Assembly: GCA_951406725.2 (NCBI GenBank)
Contig: OX597815.1
Coordinates: 115,382,001-115,446,000 of the forward strand
Direction: 5' to 3'
From: Octopus vulgaris
Lineage: Eukaryota
Length of the DNA: 64,000 bases
Part shown: positions 55,194 to 64,000 of the stretch, piece after piece
Position numbering within the stretch: the stretch's first letter is position 1
Layout: each line of letters begins with the position of its first letter
The notes under the pieces: generated by a model
What the model saw: the letters and a program-made list of their open reading frames with translations, nothing else
Databases searched by the model: none
Told to the model about the DNA's origin: nothing
Made by a program: the position numbers and the translations under genes

Positions 55194-55679
55194 TTAGAGT
55201 ATCTAAGAGATACCACCACACTGGAAATAGCAGCCAAAACTTGACTCTAAAACCACATTAAATGTTCATACAGCATCAGGAGAGAAGATAAAGAGACAAA
55301 ATTAACTACCAAAAAAATTACTGGATAATTCCAGATCCCAGATTTCTGGCTCTGCATAAGAAATGCAGTCGTGTGCATATGTACATATATATGTATGTAT
55401 ACGTTCGTATATGTAAGTATTCGTATGTTGTGTATATATATATATATATATGTTTGTATTTATGTGCTATCTGAGTATATTCCACTGATGAAGGCAGAGC
55501 TCTTCTTATGCTGAGCCAGAAATCCGGGATCTGCAATTATCCAGTAATTCTTTTGCTAGTTAATTTTGTCTCTATGTCATCTCTCATGGTGCTGTATGGA
55601 CATTTGATGTGGTTTTAGAGTCAAGTTTTGGTTGCTATTTCTAGCGTGGTGGTATCTCTTAGATACCCTAAATTATAAT
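55186..55679. mobile_element. Foldback element with about 180-bp inverted arms (Penelope-like inverted terminal repeats)
   Basis: 55186-55368 is the reverse complement of about 55500-55679, around a TA-rich spacer. Confidence 0.88.
55479..55537 (+). ncRNA. Type-I hammerhead ribozyme motif, sense to unc80
   Basis: attcca CTGATGA aggc...gcca GAAA tccggga TC tgcaat. The inverted arm retains tggaat, which would restore a perfect 6-bp stem I. Confidence 0.68.
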
Positions 55680-55790
55680 TTTAATAATAATTATTACCTT
55701 TGAAGGTTTTTATTCCCATGCTGGCCACCTGATAAGATCGGTATTTAAATAACAATCTTAGATAGATAGATAAATAGATATACATACATA

Positions 55791-55834
<44 letters not shown>

Positions 55835-55904
55835 TGAGATAGGGGTTGTAAATGCAACCCTTTATGGGAATTTGATTTAGATGTATTTCTCCATTTTCTT
55901 ATCT

Positions 55905-55964
<60 letters not shown>

Positions 55965-55969
<5 letters not shown>

Positions 55970-56687
55970 AACCCATATAACTTACGCATTTTTTTCACAA
56001 AAATAAAAATAAACTTTAGGGGTGCATAAATTACATGAGTAGATTGTTTCCAGAATTTTTTTAGAAATTTTTTCTTTTTGTTGATAAAAGATGTACAAAA
56101 TGTAAACATTCATACCAGAAGTTGACTCATTTAATGTCAGAAAAGATTTTTAAAGAAAAAATAAGTGCTTAAATATAATGAAGTTGACTTTTATTTATGC
56201 TGGACGGTATCATGCTTACATTTTTTGTGTAAATTTACTAAAACCATTAATGTTTATTGGTAATTAAACTTAATTTACAACACCTGCGCATATTTATCAG
56301 CTTTGTTTTTGTTGATAACTCCTATCAACAACTTTTCCTGTGATCATGATTTCAGAGGACATACAGTTGTATGCTAAAGATCAAACATAATCTCTTGTGG
56401 GCAAGAAATGTAAAATAAAGTTTATTGTAAATGACACAAACACTTTGTAATTTAATAGCTTTTAATGTAAAACCTGTTAAACAAAAATTATTTTTATCTA
56501 ATAAAAAATTTTCATTTAATGAAAAATCTGATCATAAGTAAGTGAAATTATACTAAATACAACTAAATTGAAAACCTTTTCCCCCTGGGCATATCAGCAA
56601 TTCTGAAGACTTTTGGTTGCGAACTTTATCCTAAAAATCACCTGCATAAATTACACAGGTGTGCAGATTACATGGGCTTTTACAGTA
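55965..56687. mobile_element. Tc1/pogo-type MITE
   Basis: Right end gcagattacatgggcttttacag|ta, eroded left end taaacccatataacttacgc, and subterminal tgcataaattaca repeats. Confidence 0.5.
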
Positions 56688-57183
56688 GATATATATATGT
56701 ATATATATATATGATATATGTGTATGTGTGTGTTGTTAGTATACACACAGATATATACATATATATGCATATATACATACACACACACAAACACATACAC
56801 ACACACATATATATATACATACATATGCGGTTATATGTGTGTGTGTGTGTGGTTGGATGCACTTAGTGTGTCACAATTATTCCATTCAGGTTTTGGTTCT
56901 TATTGTTAATCACATTGAAACTCCCACCATTGCGTATTCACACAGAGTCCTGCACAGTCTAATTTGGATGTATCATAATATAAGGGCTCACCCATAATGA
57001 GTGAAAAAAGAACAAGGGCTTGAACTTGATACTCAGGAAGATATGTTTATTTATGTATGCCACACTTATACAGTGCATGTATGGATTGCATGTATAGTGA
57101 CATTATATGTTACTGAATACTGAAACATGTGCTACTGATGAAATAAAGGAGTACCAAGTTCAAGCCCAAGTTCTTTTTTCTGA

Positions 57184-57225
<42 letters not shown>

Positions 57226-57234
57226 CATATACAT

Positions 57235-57720
57235 ATCATCATCATTAATGTCTGTTGTCCATGCCAGCATGGGTTGGATGGTTTGACCAGGTTGACATGC
57301 TGGAAAGCTGCACCAGACTCCAGTCAGTTTTGGTGAAGCCCAATACTCAAAAGGAATTTAGCCACTTTGTCTCCATGATACCCAACACTTGAAAGGAACT
57401 CAGCCACTTTGCCTCTGTGAGGCCCAATTCTTGAAAGGAAGTCACCCACTTTACCTCCATGAGGCCCAGTGCTCAAAAGGTGTTGTTTACGTGCCACCAG
57501 CACAGGTGCCAGTTACCACGACTATAATTTCACTTGGCTTGACAGGTCCTCTCTAGCACAGCACATCGCCATAGGTCTTGGTCACTAGTCGTTGCCTCTG
57601 TGAGGCTCAGAGTTCAAAGATCATGCTTCATCACCTCATCCCATGTCTTCCTGAGTCTACCTCTACCACAGGTTCCCTCCACAGTTAGAGATTGGCACTT
57701 CCATATGCATCACATGACCA
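57235..57720 (-). mobile_element. RTE LINE 3' end with an internal ~42-bp tandem repeat
   Basis: Minus strand encodes RGRLRKTWDEVMKHDL; (ATG)n tail; about 3 units of gaaaggaactcagccactttgcctc at 57330-57480. Confidence 0.75.
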
Positions 57721-59978
57721 TCTATATAAATCATAATTTCATCATTCATCACCTTTTGATATTCACTTCTCCATGCTGGAATGGGTCAAACGAATAGAAG
57801 TGTTTTTCTTAATTTGGTATATTATCTTCATACGTGCTCTTACACAGTCATTTTTGTTGCTGTTAATTCACACAGGTAATTTATGATAACTGTTAATTTT
57901 CTTGTAATACTTCAATTCTTTTATTTGATGAAAATATGTTGCAGTTTATATTTTGTTTGTTTAATATTTTGCCTTTTTATTAAGTATTGTACACTTTCTG
58001 TAATTTTTTTTCATTTTATTTTATCTTATTTTATATTTCACTCTGTTAAAAAGGTATACAAGCAAACAAACAAATAAGTAAATAAAAATGTTTTTTTTAA
58101 ATTTTATAATTTAAAGGGGGAAGAGATAAAGCATATTACTTTCTTGTGATTTATTACATCTACAAAGATTCTTTTGCTAAATCTTTGCCCTAGTCTTTTT
58201 TAAAGGAGCAAATTTATTGAAGGCATCTGTTTATTGTACTTTTTCATTTGTCATCTTTTAGATATACTATCATTAAAAATGAATACTATTGCAATTACAT
58301 TCTTTAGTATATCATAATTTATCATCATCCTCATTGCTATTAATCCTTCCACATTTGTTTTCTATGTTAGCATGGGTTGCATATATGTGCAAAGTTACAT
58401 TTTTCTCATCTTTGATCTACTTCTAACCATTTACATTTTTTACTTAAGAATGTAAATCTTTTTGTAAATCTTTTCCCCTACAGTTGGCATGGTTTCATAT
58501 TATAGTCTAAGGAATATGTTAATATATATTTGCATCAGACAATAGAGCAAGACTCAAATACTGTATGAATTAATATTAATGTTACAAAGTGAAATAAACC
58601 AATATTTTAAAGTTAAATATACTTGAAGACACCATTGATTTAATATATAAATCCTTAGTTTATTTATCACTTGTTTGATTGTTATAAATTTGATCCATTT
58701 GGAAAATTTTTGCTTTTTTAACTATGACTACCTACCTTTTGCTCATACTTAAATGAAAAAAATCCTATTTCTTTTTACAAATATTTCTATTGCTTTCTGA
58801 TAAAATAAATTAAATATCAATAACCAATTAAAATATAATTGATCAGTTGAAGCATTGGCTGTTCAAAACCCATTTGCAAATGGGTTGATCATATTCCCTT
58901 ATTTGGTATATACTTTATGACTTTCTTTTAATTATAACTCATTGACACCTGGATCACAGCCATTTTTTGGGCTGTTGGTTGCTGAGGACTGCTAAAGGTA
59001 AATGATATCCAAATTGTTCTTATGCCTCTTATTTCTATGAAGCTTCTTAAAAATAGTTAGAAAATCACTCTGCTTAATGTTTGATTTTATTGGTCTTATA
59101 AAAGGCCAACATTGTAGAATATCCTCACTCGTACACTCATAATAGTTTAGCTCATTAAATGTAAGTTCATAAAAAAGAAGGGGTAAAAAGAATATATTGG
59201 ATTAACATTTGAACCTATAAGTAAATAAAAGTATTTCTAACTAACCCCTTCATTGTTTGAATATATTGTAATATTTTTGATGATAAAAATTTGGCTAAAT
59301 TTTAGATTTTGTTTTAATAAAATTTATTTGTTTATTGATTAGAAATATAATCCCTAGAATTCAAAGAGACTACTGATAGTTAGCACTAGTAAGTAACAAA
59401 TAAAAGTGAAAAAGCACGTGTTCAATTGCTCTGGGTAGTATCTAAGTCCTTACCTCAGAAAATGTTGAATAACTGTGCCCCATGGCAAATTAACATATCT
59501 TCACATTTTTTTAACACACACACGCATACACATACATGCACACATTTTATGTATATATGTATACACATATACTCATACACACACATGTATATAGATGTGT
59601 GTGTGCGTGTGTGTGTGTATCAACCTAAAACTGGTGCTGGTGCTGCCAAAAAATAAATATTCAACATTGGTTAAGTTTGTTAGTCTAAGGTTCAATAAAG
59701 GTACATGGTTTTTAATAAAACGGGAAGTTCTGTATTTTTATTCTTTAAATGATTTCTTGTTAGGGTTATAAAGAAGTTAATTTGATTCACAATTTTAATG
59801 AGATTTGATTGAGACCCGAAGGAACAAGCGAGAAATTTGAAATAAAATTTGTCTTAAGAGAAAAGATAAAATTCAGCTACTGAAAATTAAATAATTAAAT
59901 AAATTGATTTTTCTAAATGAAAATGTGTGCAATGACACTTGATTTCTACACATTAGGATTAGTAACATCCTTTTATCT

Positions 59979-60193
59979 CAGTGGTGGCAAATCTTCTTGG
60001 CCTGAGTTAACATTTTGAATAATCTTTTATAATCTTGTTATTGGGATGCCACTTACATGTATACGTGTATTTTAGTTTTTGGTAAATTTTAACAAATAAG
60101 CCTTTTATAACATAATATTATAGGGAAACTTTTTTTTGTCAATGTTCATTGCATGTCATTGCTGACATACATGTCATATGTTTGCCATCACTG
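59979..60193. mobile_element. hAT-type MITE
   Basis: TIRs cagtggtggcaaa / tttgccatcactg; flanks ttttatct and ttttaaat match at 6 of 8 positions as a TSD. Confidence 0.65.
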
Positions 60194-60952
60194 TTTTAAA
60201 TGATGAAATTGGTCATCTACTATAATACCTTATTGTATTGATTTGATATTATTGAAATACTAAACTGAATTTCACTTTAATCCTTCAACTGTACAAAAGT
60301 AATGGTACCAAGTTTGAAAAAAGTTTAACTTCCTTCTTTTTAATCAAGATTTCATTAACTGGTGATTTGTTTAACTTCTTTTTTTCTTTAAATTATTTAT
60401 CCATCTATTTACATAGTTTCACTCACCAATTTGATTTTCATAATTTATTGTCAATTCTGTAGTTTTCATTATTATTAAGACAAATCATATTGCATTTTGT
60501 TGTTATTTTCTTGCCTTTGTTTATTATACCTTAATTATTTGTGAATATCATATGTCAATGTTGTCATCTATTTGTTCCATTACGTTTTCAGAAATTCATA
60601 TTATCATTGTTATCATTATCATTGTCATAATCATTGTTATTTTGCATCATTAATTTTTTTTGCCAACCTGTACAGACAACCCACTGTTGTACCAGCATTC
60701 TTGAAAATGCTATCAACACAATTTCTGTAACTCCTATTATTAATCATAGTATCTATAAGTATGACAACAGTGACTGTTGGTTTATTTCACTAATTCCCTA
60801 CTCCTCCTGTATTCCTTGAAACCCTCCATCAACCTTCACTTTGAAGCAAAAATAGCTCTGTCCACTTTAGCAATCTACTCTGATTGATTGAAGTCCACTA
60901 ACCCATCTGCTTGCCTACCCCAAATGTTTGGTCCTACATGTATTTTATCTAG

Positions 60953-61180
60953 GCTCCAAGCGTCATGTGAAATCAGACCATGAAGAGGACATTGCTTGCG
61001 ATACCCCGATATTAGATCGCAGAGACAGTCGCAGTGAGACTCATTTCAACCGAGTTAAAGGCAAAATGTCCTTCCGTGCTGCAAGCCATGCAACATTGAC
61101 ATTTCTGAGTGCCAGGAAGAGGATAGAAGATGGCATAAAAACCCTTGGAAGACGAATGAGCCGACGGGGCAGTGTAGATG
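60953..61180 (+). CDS. unc80: unc80 coding exon G (228 nt, phase 1 to 1)
   Basis: attttatctag|GC ... GATG|gtaata. Encodes GSKRHVKSDHEEDIACDTPILDRRDSRSETHFNRVKGKMSFRAASHATLTFLSARKRIEDGIKTLGRRMSRRGSVD; coding-like composition and phase matches exon F. Confidence 0.8.
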
Positions 61181-63084
61181 GTAATAAATTGAATAAGTTT
61201 CGCGAAAGTTACAAGTTATGACTACATTTGCTTTTGTTGACCAGAAACTCATTGGTTGTACCTTGTAACTGCTTCATAGGCTATATCTCTCTCTATCTCT
61301 TTATATTTATATATTGGTGCTTTGGTCAGTCAACTCATGCCAAAAGAAGTCTTGATGCTTTAGATATTTTTAGAATGCCTTTTTTTAGTTGGTGATAATG
61401 ACATGATTGAGAAGAGGAAACCTTGAGCTGTTTAACATTGACATATATTTGTATGTTTACTTTAAATATGTTCAAAATGTGAAGAATGCTGTGTTAACTA
61501 AAGCCTGTCTGTTGTCATTTCAGTTTAATATATGCTCATTTTTTTTTTTGTAAATTTTAAATTTAGATTAATCTTTAATGCACTTTGTCCCCCTCACCCT
61601 GCTCTACTTGGCATAACTTGTTTAATTCATTACACATCACATCATAGAATACATGTGACATGAAGAAACAATTGATTTGAAGTCAAGTTTTAGTTCAGTT
61701 GTTCATGCAAGCAATTAACATCTAAATGAACCCAAATGAAAAAACACATAGACAAAGTTTTGGACAAGCATATGTGCTATATACAGCCACACATACACAC
61801 ACATACATGCTCACACATGTATGTACACATATTGGAAAAAGAAATTACATTCTAATCTTTTAATTTTTTTCACAAATATAAACTATAAAAACAACTTCAG
61901 TTTTCTTTAAGTTTTTAAAAAATATTAACAAAATATTGAAATTAATATATTATGAAATTTGGGCTGTGGAGGGTTTGGGAAATATATAGTCCATTAACTC
62001 TGCAAATATATGTTGAATCTTTTGAAGTCTTACCATTTTGTGAAGTCTTTTGAAGAGGGGTTCTGAAATAGAGGAATAGTAATCCTTAATGTCAAATTGG
62101 CTAAATCTTTACAATCATCCTTGGCAATTTCTTATAACCATTTTAATGAACCACATACGTTTTGGATTTGAACCAAGTAATTGGCAAAATTGATACTGTT
62201 TCATAGAAATGGGAATCTACCATAACTACTGAAAACTTGTAGATACTTAAGGTTACAGGCAGTAACCTGCTATCCACATAAATCCTACCAGAAATAAGAC
62301 CAAACCTGGATCAAACCAAAAATAATAATTCTTTCTGCTATAAGCTCAAGGCCTGAAATTTTAGGGAAGGATGCTAGTTGACTATATTGACCTCAGTATG
62401 CAACTGGTACTTATTTCATCAACCCCAAAAGGAAGAAAGGAATAGTTGACCCCAGTGGAGTTTGAGCTCAATGTAAAGACAAACGAAATGCTTCTAAGCC
62501 TTTTTTCCAAAGAATGCAGCAATTTTATTATTATGCTGAGATTATTTATTTTTGCTTTAATTATGCTGGGTCTATCTTCCTAATTTATGTTTGCACATCC
62601 TTTTATCTCTGACTTGTTTCAGTCATTGGACTGTAATCATACTGAAGTTCTGCCTTGAACTATGCCAAAGACTATGAATAACACTGAATATGAGAAAGAT
62701 GTAAAGGAAGAAAGAGCTGAAGTAGAGAATTTTAAAATGAGAACACAGTAAAGAAAGAAATAATGAATTAAAATCTACAGAAAACTTTCCTTTGGACCAA
62801 CAAAATTTTGTGATAATGTAACAGCTATTTTAGAAAAGCTGAATGTCCACAGGCATTTTGAAATCTGATATAAGTATCGATATAGCCTTTAAATCAATTA
62901 ATTATGTTATAGCCACACAGCAAAGTATCCTCAACCTTAGAATCTTTCATATAAAAAAAATCCAATCCCAAATATAATACTGAAAACTAATATTCAGAGA
63001 AAAATAGTAAAACCAATATGCACATAAAGGAATAAGAAAAGATGTCTTAATTGTTAATGATATCAACTGAACTGAATAAAAAAT

Positions 63085-63460
63085 ATGTGGCTATGTGGTA
63101 AGAAGCTTGCTTCCTAACCACATGGTTCCGGGTTTAGTCCTACTGTGTGGCACCTTGGGCAAGTGTCTTCTACTATATCTTTAGGCCAACCAAAGTCTTA
63201 TGAGTGGATTTGGTAGATGAAAACTGAAAGAAGCCCATCGTATATATATGTGTTTGTATGTATGTATTTGTGTGTCTGTGTTTGTCCCCCATCATCGCTT
63301 GACAACCAATGCTGGTATGTTTATGTCTGCGTAACTTAGCGGTTCAGCAAAAAAGACCAATAGAATAAGTACTAGGCATAGAAAGAATAAGTTCTGAGGT
63401 TCATTTGTTCAGCTAAAGGTGGTGCTCCAGCATGGCTGCAGTCAAATAACTGAAAGCAAT
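63085..63460 (+). mobile_element. tRNA-derived SINE family A
   Basis: Colinear with 47343-47745. Confidence 0.88.
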
Positions 63461-63577
63461 GTTACGAGGATTTAGTAAAAATAGCAGAAGTTGAGGGGAG
63501 TTAAATAATCATGATAATTATTTTTAGTATTATTGTTGTTCTCATATTACTTTTCCATGATAGGCTAAATATATATG

Positions 63578-63619
<42 letters not shown>

Positions 63620-64000
63620 ATTCTGTTGTATGCCATCTCACACTCTTAAGCATAACATCTGAAGACTTTATCCAGTTATTCCATACTATGTCATCCTTGA
63701 TCTCTCTTTTCTGCTGATGTCATCAGCTCATGGCTTTTCTTTCTAGTTTCCACCTAACATAATCTTTCTTACATTTAATATATATATCCAAACTGAGAAT
63801 GGCTATTGACCTAGGATCCTCATTTATAGTCCTGTTTTATTTTTTCTTCACTTCCTATGTACACTTGTCAGTTTCATCAATCACATTCATTTATTTTATG
63901 CTATCTTCTTTTTTGTGTGTTTGTCTTACTGAAATGAATAAAACACATAATGAAAAGTATCAGTAGTATGAAAGCTGAAAAACAAAACAAAACAGGACAT

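Noticed and set aside
55722-55762. ccac CTGATAA plus a stem, as a further hammerhead
   Set aside because: The core is mutated and the sequence is truncated before any GAAA; at most a fragment.
57330-57480. Regularly spaced ~42-bp repeats as a CRISPR-like array
   Set aside because: Whole-unit tandem repeats without unique spacers, inside an RTE 3' UTR in animal DNA, with no cas genes.
58484-58491. Strong acceptor (ttttcccctacag) followed by an 8-nt candidate microexon
   Set aside because: Weak donor (gtttca), and the length does not restore frame alone or with the 38-nt candidate. A 3-nt GC-donor version is too speculative.
60634-60819. 61-aa ORF with a tacag acceptor just upstream of exon G
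   Set aside because: Early stop in the phase required by exon F, and no recognisable UNC80 similarity.

Overview
AT-rich, microsatellite-dense animal DNA. The SINE families and simple-repeat profile look like an octopus (coleoid cephalopod) genome; this is an inference from repeat content. The window lies inside one + strand gene, unc80 (NALCN sodium-leak channel complex subunit). Seven GT-AG coding exons splice in frame (17530-19766, 20921-21162, 31202-31380, 36689-36867, 40028-40160, 41963-42119, 60953-61180). The N-terminal exons were not found and the gene continues past the window end. Introns hold CR1/L2-like, RTE and R4/Dong-like LINE pieces, two mariner relics, MITEs, two tRNA-derived SINE families and a probable solo LTR. 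The most notable signal is a recurring set of minimal type-I hammerhead-ribozyme motifs from Penelope-like elements. One canonical copy lies downstream of a GIY-YIG remnant, and several sit in outward-facing inverted pairs that would fold back as dsRNA in the unc80 pre-mRNA. There is also a speculative frame-compensating pair of microexons. I found no convincing wholly new protein-coding system.
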